Positions 14,401 through 27,293 are shown, counted from the stretch's first letter. The stretch: 39,413 bases of DNA from Trichoplax sp. H2 (GCA_003344405.1 NOWV01000176.1:124001-163413); one strand, 5' to 3'. Made by a program: numbers and translations. The notes: a model not told the origin generated them from the sequence alone.

Positions 14401-16645
14401 TTATAGCGGGTATACCCTAATTATGAATGTACAATAATAGCATTTGTATTGATTAAGGTTTACTATATAATTTTTTTTCCTGTTTTATTCACCTAATGTC
14501 TTAAATTTATCATCATCTAGTTGATAATTAGGAGCACAAGCTAACGTAAAGTTTAGTGGATAGTATGGTTATTTCATCTAATATATTGATATCATTATTC
14601 GTTAGTCTACAATAAACAATAGCTACTTTAGTTAGAATTCAATTGTTAATTTTCTGTTGAACAAGACAATCCAAAAAAAACTTGTGAAAATAATCTAATT
14701 GATTTTGATGACAGTGATCTACTTACCCAGTAAAAGTTTGTGATATTACCAAAACATCATCAACAGCTTGTGCGTACGAAGAAACAAAGTCATAAACGCC
14801 AGACCAAAAAAGAGCCTAAATTATTACAGAGACATGCAATTTAAATTAAAAAAAAGAAGAAGAATTTTTCCTATTCATTTATTTTCGGTAAATGGATGAA
14901 TATATACGATACAGTAACATAATGATGATAATGTTGGCCGAGATATAAAAATGACCTTCGAAAATGTAAATCAACTTCTTTATTAAAGTCAGTGTAGTGC
15001 AACCCCAAATTAGCTTAAGATTAAAATTATGTGATTGTACGAATATAGATACGTTGAACGTTTAATGGTGCAAGTATCTACTCTTAGATGAGATTTACAA
15101 TGCGTATGGTTCCTTTATTACGTCCAGGAACATACGTATTAGGAGTTGTAGATACGAATAGATTGTTCGAAGTAAATTAGCAATATGAAGGATTCATTAT
15201 GATACTTTAATTGGAAGCGATGTTTATAGCCAATAATAATTCGCTCGATATTAAATTTAGCTTAATCTTACGACATAAATGCCAAAATATGATTGCCTTG
15301 CTAAGCATAAACTTGTAACCAATTATTTACAAATCGTCGATTTTACTATAGTAAGTAAGACAGAAGTAAATTGAAGATAGATAACTCTTGATATTGTTAG
15401 AAGAACCAAGTTTATGCTCTAATGTGAGGACTTATAATGCTAGTTCTTGTTTAATATTTTGAAAAGACTTCATCGCAGCCAGATAAGACGTAAAGGATTG
15501 TTATTTTTACATGGTGATGACTGTAAAGATTATTTTGTTTGAGAGAATATATCGTGCCGATAATCAAAATAAAGTCAAAGCCATTATTAACACCGACATT
15601 ATACCACTAATGTATTAGTACATGGAGTTAAAATAAACGTTACGAAATTAATAGATATCCTATTCGCCACCTATTAATGATTGTTACGGCGCAATCGATT
15701 GATTATCGATGTAGAGCATTGCACTTTAATACTTTTATGTCTGGCTACTTGCTGCAATTACACTATATAGATAAAAGTGAGTAGGATGCCAAGGTACGTA
15801 GCGTAAAACTCTATCTTCAAGACATGATCTCGGCAATGTGTGTTAAATTTAATCGATACGATCTAATTGAGATATTAATATTCGAATATAATGACCCCCA
15901 GATAGGTTTCAATTAAAACGGGCTATAATGCTTAACAATCAAATTAATGTGGTTTATTAAATCAGTAAATTGTGGATTCATTGCTAGAATACTATCCAGC
16001 AACGTATTTTTTTCTGGACTAAGGACCTTTAAACACATAATAAGCTGTTAAAACGACAAATTGGATTTTTATGCAGAAAGTCTAATGTAGCACGATCTCG
16101 TAAAATATTTCAGAACTAAAAGTTGCATTGATTGCTTAACTGAATGCGTCCAAATCATAGTTGGAAACTAATTAAAACTTTGCTTTTAGGAAGATAAACT
16201 TGGCTTTGTTACCGATACATTATTCATGATTCAGGTGTAGTAAATCAACGATAAATAGCATTATATATCGAACAAGTGGCTTGTATTACAGTCTAGTCGA
16301 TTTTTAACTGTAAGTTGCTGCCTTATTCTATATGCCTATTATTGCTATAGGCATGAAATAAAATAGACTTACCTTATTGGGAGGGACAGGACTGGAAGAC
16401 TCAATAAGAAATCGACTATACTGAGTAGGATCGACTTCACAAGGTTCACGGTTTACGAAAACTCGACTAAATTCTTGCCATAACGAAGGACAAGTAACGC
16501 CAGGACGCAATGTAAAATTCTGCAAAGCAATATATCCATAGCAACGTCCGATAAAAATCTCTTTAATATTGTGAGTTGTGCCTGATACAGAAGTTGTTAA
16601 GTATTGGCACCCTGCAAGAATAAGAATGTAGTAAACAAGTTTCAT
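11448..16645 (-). CDS. CD38-like: ADP-ribosyl cyclase / NAD+ glycohydrolase (CD38/BST1 family) paralogue A, 340 aa, signal peptide + catalytic domain + Ser/Thr stalk + TM + tail
   Basis: Exons 16373-16645, 14727-14815, 13834-13975, 13335-13411, 12837-12935, 12252-12338 and 11448-11703 total 1023 nt, with all introns GT-AG and phases 0,2,0,2,2,2. Family motifs: GTT..IFIGRC, LW..F, ALFWSG, LTWCG, FWALAS, FAKSASG, IFGSIELPNL (catalytic Glu), RCGIGSIKEL, WSCQDNP, LC..NP..C. Start context TCAAGATGAAA is shared with the other two paralogues. Confidence 0.93.
15682..15824 (+). mobile_element. Possible miniature solo-LTR-like insertion in intron 1 of gene A
   Basis: Begins TGTTACGG like the other LTRs here and ends ..GACA. 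It is flanked by TGAT on both sides (15678-15681, 15825-15828) and contains CTATATAG. It is short enough to be chance. Confidence 0.3.
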
Positions 16646-16786
16646 CTTGAAGTCATCCAAATTTATTGCATGCAATTTTTAGCCACAGCCCCCAAACTTC
16701 TTTCTCACTCAAAGCTAAGCCTAAAGAGAATGTAATGAAGTAAGCGCTACTTGCCAAGTTAGAAAATTGTTCCTTTGTTGACATAA

Positions 16787-16794
16787 TGACGTCA
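16787..16794. promoter_or_regulatory. Perfect palindromic CRE (TGACGTCA) about 140 bp upstream of the gene A start codon
   Basis: Exact 8-bp CREB/ATF consensus in a proximal upstream position, next to a TATA-like GATATAAG on the minus strand (about 16807-16814). Confidence 0.4.
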
Positions 16795-16964
16795 GAATTT
16801 ATCGCCTTATATCTCTTGCCCGGGGCTTTTTATGGCAAAATTACTATTTAACAGGAAAATGATGCTCCAAAGCTAGGATATCAACTATGGGGACTCTAAC
16901 GATCAATGGCTGTCTATACAACCAACTTGATTTGATGGTAATAGTGGTTAACGAATAAGGCATT

Positions 16965-17548
16965 CTTGCACTGGGACTCGAATCTAGTTGTAATTGATTA
17001 ATCAAGACCAGACTGGAGTCTATTTCCCTAGTAATATACCCTAAGCCATAAATAATTATCTGCCATGATACTTGATGTATACTATACTATAGCTTAAAAA
17101 TAGCTGAAATTGACTAACTCTACTAGCTAATAAATGAGTCAAATCTTGGCAACTTGAATCTAGGTGATATTGATTAACACGGGCTAGATTGGGATCTATC
17201 TACATATTAGTTATATTTTATGAACTCCACCAGCTAACAGAGTCAATCTTGATAATTGGTGAGACTCGAACCATGTTAGCATTGATTAATACAGATTAGA
17301 TTGAATTTCAACAACATACTATCTATTCTGATACTTGCTGTATAACCTAAAATAGCTAAAATTTACTTATTCTATGAATTAAAAGTGTAAATTTGGGTAA
17401 TGAACGAGGCTTGAGCCTAGTTGACATTGACTAATGAAGGCTAGATTGGGAGTCCATCTGCATATTATCTGCGATAATACTAATTGTATAACTAAAAATA
17501 GCCAAAATTCCCTCCTTCCGCTAGCTAAAGGAGTAAATTTGGGCAATA
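16965..17548. repeat. Diverged tandem repeat (110-175 bp units, about 4 copies) upstream of gene A
   Basis: Recurrent gactcgaatctagttg..attgattaa..gggctagattggga and aaaatagctaaaatt blocks near 16975, 17151, 17261 and 17406. Confidence 0.7.
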
Positions 17549-17619
17549 TTTGAAGTCTTACAAGGGCGTCATGTGGAATTAGATCAATGGAAAATGCACT
17601 CTTTCAAAGCGGAAGTTGC

Positions 17620-18546
17620 AAGCATATTGAATTAAAGTGTTCCGGTTACCTTCGTATCAAGATATTAAATTTTCGATACTAATGGCAATATTTTAGAGTC
17701 TGTACTCTAGAGCTAAAGTTAAAATAAACCCATTTAATCACTTCTTACGGCAATAATAGTGCAGAATTGGATGAATAACACTCCTTTCAGTAGAAGCATA
17801 CTGATTGATATCGACATTCTTATTTTTATCGCTTTCAAGTCTAATCATAGGCCTAGGACTTAAGTATACAATTGTAGAAAAGAGCAGATTTGGCCTATTT
17901 TTAGTTCTTGTTATCAAATGTAGTACTGATACAGACAAATAGCAAATTCACCAATTCTAGCAGGAAGTAAATCGGATCCACGGTATTTTAATTACCATCA
18001 ACATTACCTCGTTCATCCTTTTTGATGTTAATGATAATATTTTGGATATCAAAAATACTCTATGCAGCCGAAAGATTACTAATTGCAATTAAAGCTCTCA
18101 TTTTTACTGACTTTAATAGCAGTCAATCACCATACTTTGAAATCAAGATAGTCTATGGTGGAAAGGGTCTATTTGGCTCATGTTCAAATCTTATTGCAAG
18201 TGGTGTACTGGTTAAAATATGTACGGTCTCCAATTCAGTCTCAAGTAATCAATTGTGGATCTATTTTGGCATACCCACAAACGTTAATCATTAGCAAGAA
18301 CTACTGGTATGAAATCGAGCAAGTGTTGTAAAGAGTCCGGCAAAGTTAGAGTTGTTATGGTAAGGGTTCAGATTTTTGCATGATTGCAATTTAGTTATAA
18401 AACATTTACATATCTTCTACTATAGGTACCGTCAAAGTCTTTTTAATAAGAACAATTTAATTGTACGGTACGATACAGAATTTATGCTTTGATCTTAAAC
18501 CAGCAATCCTTTATTGTAAATCAGCTGCATTGCAATTTGTTGACAT
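17620..18546 (-). pseudogene. Decayed, apparently intronless BTB-BACK gene copy K4 between cyclase genes A and B
   Basis: From the ATG at 18546: MSTNCNAADLQ*RIAGLRSKHKFCIVP (BTB start, L..LR....FCDV). Then PDSLQHLLDFI..STIDYLRLN (18230-18340) and BACK-like EVIKWVYFNFSSRVQTL (about 17694-17744). Domain order and spacing are as expected, with stops and frameshifts. Confidence 0.65.
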
Positions 18547-18848
18547 TACAGAACATTTCCTATTGGATTGAAGGATTGATTTATTCATAGATTACGATAG
18601 TCCATAGCAAACAAATCACCGCATGGTACTATTCTTCACATTTTACTTAGTCATAAAATAGCTTATGAATACGGTATGAAAACTGTCCGTCGAGTAAGAT
18701 GATAACTCTCAGCGGTATGGCTTTAATGTTGTCGGTTTATCTCCAGAAATTTTTGAAGAAATACTGTACATAATTACCTGCTTAAATCACTGAAGCAGGC
18801 ATAATACTAGATGTGCATGAGCACGATATTACATCAATTTAACATGAC

Positions 18849-19242
18849 TGTTACAGTGGAAATGTTCCGTGATAGGACATATCGTAATCTGACTATTCTG
18901 TATTAGTCAATACATGTCTATATTCGTAAGTACTGTTGTCTGCATTAAGGGAGCAGTAGCTAAACTTAATATCTAATTCAGTAAATGATTCGGAGGTTAA
19001 TTGTATTAACTATGACTCATGAACTATTGAGGAATAGTATATAAATGCAGTATATCGTGTAATAAGAGAATTCTCCAACTTAGTGTTTAACGTAAAATAC
19101 GAGGCGTTTAAGTCTTTGTGTAGTCTGCTAGTAGGGCAAAAGTGTTTCTGATAGTGCAGATATCGTTCCTTGATACGTGGTTCAAGGAATTGACTTATTG
19201 ATCGTACATTACGTTATCTTGTTGCAAAGCTGTTTTGTGGCA
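18849..19242 (+). mobile_element. Diverged solo LTR, related to the element at 27277-27832
   Basis: Termini TGTTACAGTG...TTTGTGGCA with near-perfect 5-bp TSD ATGAC/ATGGC and internal TATATAAA. It shares tttaacgt.aa..ggcgtttaagtc and tacgtta.cttgt.gca blocks with 27277-27832. Confidence 0.7.
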
Positions 19243-19899
19243 ATGGCCAAGGCAAACAACCTATTAAAATAGGCTTGGACTAAATACTGTGACCAGATTA
19301 GTAGCAGCTATATGATAATAGCTTTAGAGTTGCTCAATTTACCTACTTTCTCTTGTTCTACATTATAATATCCACCGAAAATTCTATGGAGATTGAGCTA
19401 TAATGATCAACCTCCAATCTAAAGGATATATATTCGATTCAAATTACATTTAATTATGTAAAGAGTTACATTTCAGGATTTCTGATAATTGATTAACCAT
19501 TGAATTGTTTGGATGATTTTTAAATGGAATTCGATCGAACAGATAAAATAAATTAATGTTTTACCCTAATTTCTAAAACTAGTTACTATTCATCTCAGAG
19601 TTAACATAAATACCTAGAATTATGCAATTTTATTCCAAACTATATTGAAGTTTTGCCCGATACACTTATAATTAAGATATCCAATGCTGAAAATCATAGT
19701 TACATTCAATTTCATTCCATTTCATACGATGTTACAAGGAATATAATTAATTTTAATTATTCTACTAACTGAAATCATTAGTCAGTGTAATCTATATCAA
19801 AATAATCATAAAAATAGCCAATCTTCCATCTACAATTAGTATGATTTTACTGCATTGCGGTAATGGAAAATTTTACAAAATGTTGCTATTATAATTGAT

Positions 19900-20214
19900 A
19901 AGTAGAGGAAGCCAAATTGATTCTAAATAATCTATACAAGCATTTAGGATTATCTTATAATTTATGCTAATACCCTTGTGATAAAAAATTTAATTCTTCT
20001 GCTCACTTGCTATACCTATTTAATATTACATAATACCACTCTGATTTATTTTAAGGAATAAATCTGCCTCGTTGGGATGGCAATTTGACGAAAATAAATC
20101 ATTTTTAATACTAAACCAGATGCCATCTTTCAGTACTAAAATCATATAGTCAAGCAATTTTACGAAGTAGTAGAAAGTTTCTAGGCTTGCATAATAGGAC
20201 ATCAGTAGTAGCAA
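19900..20214 (-). pseudogene. Possible further BTB-BACK remnant K5 downstream of gene B
   Basis: FVKLLDYM and SNCHPNEADLF in ORF 20026-20214 resemble the BTB end and BACK start. The match is weak. Confidence 0.25.
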
Positions 20215-20232
20215 ACACAGCTTCTTAGCATT

Positions 20233-20257
20233 CTAGAAATCAGTTTTAGTAGCCTCC
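20233..20257 (-). CDS. Candidate terminal exon 8 of gene B (adds EATKTDF-stop)
   Basis: A strong acceptor TTTCCTATGTCTTATTTTATAG is phase-compatible with the donor AAG|GTATAC at 20685/20684 inside exon 7. Splicing would give a 316-aa protein. Confidence 0.5.
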
Positions 20258-20575
20258 CTATAAAATAAGACATAGGAAATTTAATTTTAGAAGTTTAATA
20301 CAGTTATTTTCATGTAGTATATTATTGTTATGAGTTGCATCGATTTATTCCATATTATTTAGTAATTATTAAAATTAGATAGTAATACTAAGATATATTA
20401 AAAACTATACAGTAATCATTATAAATAGAACTATTAAATATGATGACAATCAACTAAGCTTGAAAGGTATGAAATTAGAATAATTTAGTCAATATACTAG
20501 GAATAAGCGCAATGTAAAGACTTGCAACAGGTTTTTGAATATGTATTTGGGAATCTGTGCTATCAAACTCTCTCT

Positions 20576-23548
20576 TTATAAGTAACTACAAATATCTGCA
20601 ATTCTTCTAAATTTAGTCCAACACGCGTAGAAATCAATGGTAGTATTATGGTAGCTTTTATTAATCGATGATTTATAAGTATACCTTGCTTTTGTTTGAG
20701 TTTTAGACCTTGTGCGAGACATTAGAATTATAACGATAAGTAATATGAGGATAACAGCACCAGCAGCACCCAATCCGGTCAATGTCACCACTCTAAGTAC
20801 TCCATGGATGCTTTGACACTGAAAGTGAGTGGGATTTGCAGCGCAGAGGATATCTTGTACAGAGCTTTAAATATATAAATACTTCATATTACCAACAAAA
20901 GGTTATATATTAGCTACAAATTATTGCAATATAGACTATCTTAAACTGATACTAAATAAATTGAGACGGCTATTCAACTTCAGTTCATCCTATAATGTGG
21001 TACCTTGGATTATCGGAACAACTCCAGGCAAAATTTCGTTGTTGAATGAGATCTTGTAAAGTTTTGATAGAACCAGCACCGCATCGTTCACTAGGAATAA
21101 AATTGAATACAAGCAATTCTCACTAACTTGCTAGTAAAGTTCTCTTAATTGATGATTTGTAGCTAAAATATGGTACATATGTATCCAATGAACACTAATC
21201 TAATGGATAATTATAATCGATGTTAATAAACACGAGTCTCCTATTCATGTTAACAATAATATGGGTTATTACCTTTGATTTACTTTCATATCAAGATCAT
21301 GAACCATTATGATTTCGATTTTATTTACTTTACTAGGTGATAAATTAGGAAGCTCATATCTGGCAAAAAAGCTATCATTTATTTTGATCATTAGTTAACA
21401 TCGATTACATGGTAATAGTGATAATATACTTATTATCTGAAAAAAGAATGGATAGAAACTGCTATGATCAAAGGTTGAAACAACGCTATCTTTATAAAGA
21501 TAGTAACTGCAATTGCAATACTTCCAAAAGTAGAAAATACGCTGCTTACCTATAGGGAGCAAATGCTGGAATGCGGCTAGAATTGAGTAGAACTCGAACC
21601 GTTCCGCTTGAACTTTGAGCAAACTAGATATAAATATAATAATAAAAGTGAGGGCTGGAAATTTATTCTTTGCCAACATGATATGCGAATTAACAGACTT
21701 GCTGTTAATAGCAGTTTCGTAAAAATTCTTCGTGTTAAGTATGCACGTATGCTGATATCATATTAAATACATTAATTAATATACCATATTTGAACAATAA
21801 ATCATAGACACTAGATCATAGGAATAAAATATTTATAATTAGTGACTGTTAAATAATTATTGATTGATGTGTATTACTGCTTACCCAAGTCGACATTTTA
21901 GACCAAAAAATTCCGGAATTTTTGTTATTACAATGTTGAGGATCATGGCAATCATTGTAGTTGATGCCAGGCAGGGCTAGTTGCCCGCACCAACTGAGAC
22001 CATTCACTAAATATCTTGTTAAGTGGAAGATAAAATTCGATAATTAAATTTAACATGATCAACAATTAAAGCTATTTGAAGAGTATAAATTTCTTATATT
22101 AACTCGGCAATGAATATTTTCTGAGTAGCAAACAATTCATGAATATACGTCTTATAAATCAATCATTTCTTGCAGTATAGTTGATTAACCAATTAATTAT
22201 CAAGCCTAATAATTTTGATTAAGACATTTGAAAACTTCCAGAAATAAGTTAATAAGTCTTATTCATTTATCAATATTAGGCAACATTATTTAAATGACAA
22301 AATTAGAGTTTTATAGCACCTTTCTCTAAGTATCAAAAAGACTGTTTATAGATTTTCAAATCTATAATTGAAGTTAAATTTAACTGAGATATATATATGT
22401 TACGGTCAATCTCCGGAACCAGCCATTCCCTATGACTGACCGAGCAACTTCGGAAATAGCCGAATTGCTCGGTCATGTCCTAGGAATGGATTTGCCATGA
22501 TGTACTGTTCACTGTATTTAAGGGATACAGATGTTTGGATTAAGTGATTAATATTTATCGGTGTTTGCTTATTATGCTAACCAAAAAACTATAACGCAAT
22601 AGTAAGGTATGATATATTCCAATATCCTTATTGATATGTAACTATGTGCTGTGAAATCAAATTGAATCAGATGCAAATAGATTAGTAATTACGCAATAAT
22701 ATACTCAATTTATTTATTCTTATATAGATTTAATTAGATGCAAAAAACTAGATACTATTTTATAAATTAATAGAAACGTGTCGTATATCTGCTAACCCAG
22801 GAAAAGTATTTTCCAACGTTTCTAGATTTTTAACAGCTCTGATGTAGAGGTGTGCAAAGCTATAAGTTCCGGACCAAAACACAGACTATATCAGTAGAAA
22901 AGCATATTAAAAATTTTCCGTTAGTATGCTGTATTGAATAATCAGGCTAAAAGTGAGGAGAAAATTTTATTACCTATAAGTTAATATAATAGGCCGCAAA
23001 GTAATGTACTTTTGCCTAAAACTATATTTAAATCGCTCTTGCAATATATTTCAAATTATATTTTTAATTTGATTAAATTATTCTTTTAAGATATTGAGTT
23101 TAGCAATAGGAAAAAGAATTGTTAAAATATAAATAGAATTCACTCAGGTAGCAATGATGCTACGCCTATGACCACTTAAGAGATGAGACTAGCCCTCATA
23201 TTAACCTGAAGCAATTTACAAAGTGATATATTGAAAGATTGATTATTCTAGCAATATGTAATAATAAGCCTAGAATCATACCGCATCTCTAGATATAGGC
23301 ACAGAAACTTCTTTAATAAAGTTATCATATTCACTTGCATTAACGGCACAAGGTTCTTTAAATGCAAACACACGGCTGAATTGATTCCATACGTGAATAC
23401 AATCAACTTGACGTTGCAATTTATTTACAGCTTGATATTCTGAACAACGGCCAATAAAGATTTCTTGGATGCGAGCCGTTGATCCATGAGCTAAAGACCA
23501 ATCAATATAAAGTGTAATGATTACGATAATGGATGCGATCAATTTCAT
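20576..23548 (-). CDS. CD38-like: ADP-ribosyl cyclase (CD38/BST1 family) paralogue B, 344 aa (or 316 aa if spliced to 20233-20257), signal peptide + catalytic domain + TM + tail
   Basis: Exons 23282-23548, 22797-22885, 21885-22014, 21550-21623, 21273-21371, 21004-21090 and 20576-20864 total 1035 nt, GT-AG, with the same phases as A and C. Motifs: IFIGRC, SVFWSG, TLENT, LSWCG, FWSKMS, FAQSSSG, SFFARYELPNL, ERCGAGSIK, WSCSDNP. TM segment VVTLTGLGAAGAVILILLIVIILM. Confidence 0.93.
22398..22642 (+). mobile_element. Possible degraded solo-LTR-like insertion with a strong internal hairpin, in intron 2 of gene B
   Basis: Starts TGTTACGGT after an (AT)n run, has a GC-richer interior with TATTTAAG, and ends in the complementary GTAAC. 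The right boundary and TSD are uncertain. Confidence 0.4.
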
Positions 23549-25749
23549 CTTGATGCGATTTTATGTCTACTGAGAAGTAGCAAATTGCAGGTTCTTCCTA
23601 GTGAATCAAAAAATGAATGATGATGCTGATACCATAGATATCGATTTAGAATGCTTGCTGTGAAGAGTTGTTTCTATATATATGTAAGTGTATACCATCC
23701 AAACTAATTATATATTCTATAGCTTTTCATAAAGAAATAGAAGGGTGACATTGTTTTTTCTCACGTTAGCAAATATTTTAACGTTTAGTCATGATTTACA
23801 TATTGCGAAATGATATCAAGCTGTCAATTATTCGAACTGAAATTATGCTAGCATTCAGGTCAAAGCGGTGTAAGAGGTCTTGTGATAACACATAGGAATA
23901 TCTTTATCAAATACTAATACACCACAACGAGTTGGTAGCCGATTTTAAAAATTTTTCGAGTCTAAAATAAAATTTTAATTTTAGTTTGTTTATCATAGGA
24001 AAAATAGACTTTGCATTATACCGCTGGATTCATTGAAATAAAAATCACTTGCAAACAGTGGAACTAGTTTTCTACGATTTTAGAAAGAAAAGTTGATAAG
24101 CCAAGAACTGATTATACCCATACAGTTGAAAATAGCGGTCTGTAAAGTTTATCGGTATATTGACATCACATGCACTTTTAATTTAATTAAGTATAACCTG
24201 GATTCAATTTGGCTTAACTTAATTAAAGATTTTTATCTTGAAGCAGTACTTAGACCACTAACTACAGGTTGTGTAAACATTATCAAGCCCAAATATATAA
24301 AGGTAATATATTAAGATATACCGAATCGTAAGTACTATATTTACTGCATCAACCACAGCATTATACCTTATTTAGTCGCTAATTATTTGGAGAGATTCAA
24401 AATTCTATACGTCTTATCATAAATAGCGCTTTCAAAATTAAGAGAAATAAATTGCTTTTACGGGTTAAGAAAGAGTAACTATGCTAAAGTATACGTTTAA
24501 TTTGAGTTAATTAAATAAATTAACCAAAAAATTACATGCTAACTCTTCAATAATTGCTTGTAATGAAATAGTAGCTGATACCCTTTAATTAGAATTATCA
24601 ATTCTTTAATTCAATTTCAATTCAAGGAGATAAGTCTATTGCTGATAATGCGAGATATGCTGTAAAGTAAAAAGATTTCCTCCATTTCGAGAAATTACTA
24701 AAGCGCTATTAAGACTCTGCAATTTTAGAGACAATAGTGTTAAATGCTTATAAATTTCACGTATGTTAATGAAGAAACAATAGTGAACTCTAGTAGAGTC
24801 AATTAAAATATGAATAGCTAATTACCGATGTTAAAATACAATATAATAAATAATTTTTCCAGTAACGGTGTTTACTATCCGTCATCCATACGAACCATAG
24901 GTAGACTCCTACGGTAAGTGATTAAAGGTTAAGATTGTTGACAAACTTGTAAATCAGTTCAAGAAATCACGTTTTTATCTAGTCATTATCACGCTGAAAA
25001 TAATTCAATAGATTGCAAAAAAACATTATTCATTATCTTTATTTGCTACGCAAAAATAAACTAGTTTGCAAACATCGCATTACACCTTAATTACAGATTG
25101 TACCATCGATATAGTCTAGTCAATTTAATGGCAACATGATTTACCATCACTAATTACCCCGCAAAAATAAACGATTGAATAATTAAAATTCATGTGCAAA
25201 ATATATTTGTGCCTTTCTATGAAGTGAAAGCCGTCTAAGGCATTAGTATCTTATAGAACTACTAGTAGATAAAATAAAATGCTTAACAATTTTATCATAT
25301 CCAATTTTATGTTAATCTGTTACTAATGCTCTTATGTAATTATAAGAATATATTTTTTAGAGAATTTTTTATAATGCACACCCTCTCTTAGGTTGCATAG
25401 ATAGCTGTATTATAAACGTTAATCAATTTTTATATGTCCAAGAGTTGAACCTATCTATTTATTCGAAGTTACTTTATTAGTGATGATAATCGAAGCCAAA
25501 ATTGCCACAGAAGTATCATTTGAAATTTACTTATGCCAGTCTTGGTGTCCATGTTAATTCAAATGTGTTTTACTATCGCCATATCTCTACCTTGTACTTT
25601 ATTTTTTTAGAATACAAATAAATTAACAATACATACAGCAGTGGAGAATTAATAGCATTAGCTATAATTATTCCATAAATCGGTAGCCAACACATTACTT
25701 CTTAGCAAATTAATTAATCAATGATGGTGGTCATCATGAACCTCTAATA

Positions 25750-26150
25750 CTAATCAATAAATAATGTCTTCGATTAAGTAAACAGTCTAATTGGCAGATG
25801 ATAGGTAAACGCAACCTATTATGTACAATAGCATCGATAATATTTGCGTTCTATGATAAATAAGCACCATTGAAACAGTTCTTAATCATTAAAGGGCATG
25901 AGATTGATGATGTAAGCAGATTACCTGAGGGTAAATGCCCACAGATAGAACAGCTTCGTCATTGAACTCGAAGAAAGCTACTAGGATGACTTAACAATAA
26001 TTTTTTCAAGTTATGTGACATGAAGAGCTCATTAAAGATTTTATGCAGGCTGAACTTTCTAGTGGCCTATTCCAGGAGAGAATACGACAAAATGAAGCAT
26101 TACTAATTCTTGATATGAACGAAAGATTACAAAATATATCAGGAGCTCTA
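25750..26150 (-). pseudogene. Decayed BTB remnant K6
   Basis: Fragments SRAPDIFCNLSFIS..SSACIKSLMSS, EKIIVKSS..SMTKLFYLWAF and ELFQWCLL follow BTB order, with stops. Confidence 0.4.
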
Positions 26151-27293
26151 GATATTAAGTTATACTATATTTCTGAGGAAGTACATTATGGTGCCATATA
26201 AATTTTAATTATTACCGGCCGGTACCATGATTACGTAATTTTAAATTTTTTGAAGTACAATTTTTTCCTTAAAATTATTTCTCACCTCATTGTTCTTAAG
26301 GTCATTAGTAGATATGATGCAATCGATTTGAATTAGGTCGAGGCGGTTGATGCGAAGTAATTTATGTACTGTTACGGTGTTGCCTTNNNNNNNNNNNNNN
26401 NNNNNNAGATTTTATGCAGGCTGAACTTTCTAGTGGCCTATTCCAGGAGAGAATACGACAAAATGAAGCATTACTAATTCTTGATATGAACGAAAGATTT
26501 CAAAATATATTGTAATGAAATGAAAAGTGTAGAGATCAAGCTACAAAACTTTAACAAACTTTGATTCTACTTTCGTTGCACTCCGGTCGACTTAACGCTA
26601 ATACTTTGACACCAAATAAAATTTGGGGAAATAACCGAACAACAATTTATTTCACAACAAAAATGGAGAGAAGTATAGACCGAACAACCTTACAAATACT
26701 TAGCTTTAAGTATCATTAAAATAAATGACAGACTTAAAAACTGTCAACGACCAAACAACCTTTCAAAAAGAAGAACGTTTTAACATACGACAATTCGACC
26801 CCGAAGGCCTTTTAAATTCAACATGTTCTTCAAATAAAATCTTCTTCTACTCTCTCTCTAAATTTTCTAATTGCACTATCATTTATAGGCTTCGTAGAGC
26901 CGTCTGAGGTATTAAAAACTAAACATTTGCTAACCAATTCGCACCAATCGCTCTTAAGATCCGTTTTAGAAAACTACTTTGCATCATTTAAGAAAACAAA
27001 AATCATTCAAAGTTCAGACACAATTTACCCTACGATTCCCTTACAAAACACTATAAAAGTAACAAGCTAACTATAAAAATACATCNNNNNNNNNNNNNNN
27101 NNNNNTAAATTTTAATTATTACCGGCCGGTACCATGATTACGTAATTTTAAATTTTTTGAAGTACAATTTTTTCCTTAAAATTATTTCTCACCTCATTGT
27201 TCTTAAGGTCATTAGTAGATATGATGCAATCGATTTGAATTAGGTCGAGGCGGTTGATGCGAAGTAATTTATGTACTGTTACGGTGTTGCCTT
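26036..27293. other. Assembly gaps with duplicated flanks (probable two haplotypes)
   Basis: N runs at 26387-26406 and 27086-27105. 26036-26139 recurs at 26407-26510 with one mismatch, and 26199-26386 recurs identically at 27106-27293. Confidence 0.9.
26511..27085 (-). mobile_element. Partial LTR of a retrotransposon inserted at an ATAT site in one allele
   Basis: The sequence diverges from the empty-site copy exactly at AAAATATAT|TGTAATG. The minus strand has CTATAAAT (about 26881-26888), then AATAAA (26646-26651), and ends ..TTACA. It is truncated by the gap. Confidence 0.6.

Noticed and set aside
16646-16675. Upstream ATG extending gene A by MHAINLDDFK (ORF track start)
   Set aside because: The ATG at 16645 shares the TCAAGATGAAA context with both paralogues and directly begins the signal peptide.
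21395-21679. 94-aa ORF with a signal-peptide-like start
   Set aside because: It overlaps gene B exon 4 in a different frame and runs through introns, so it is a shadow ORF.
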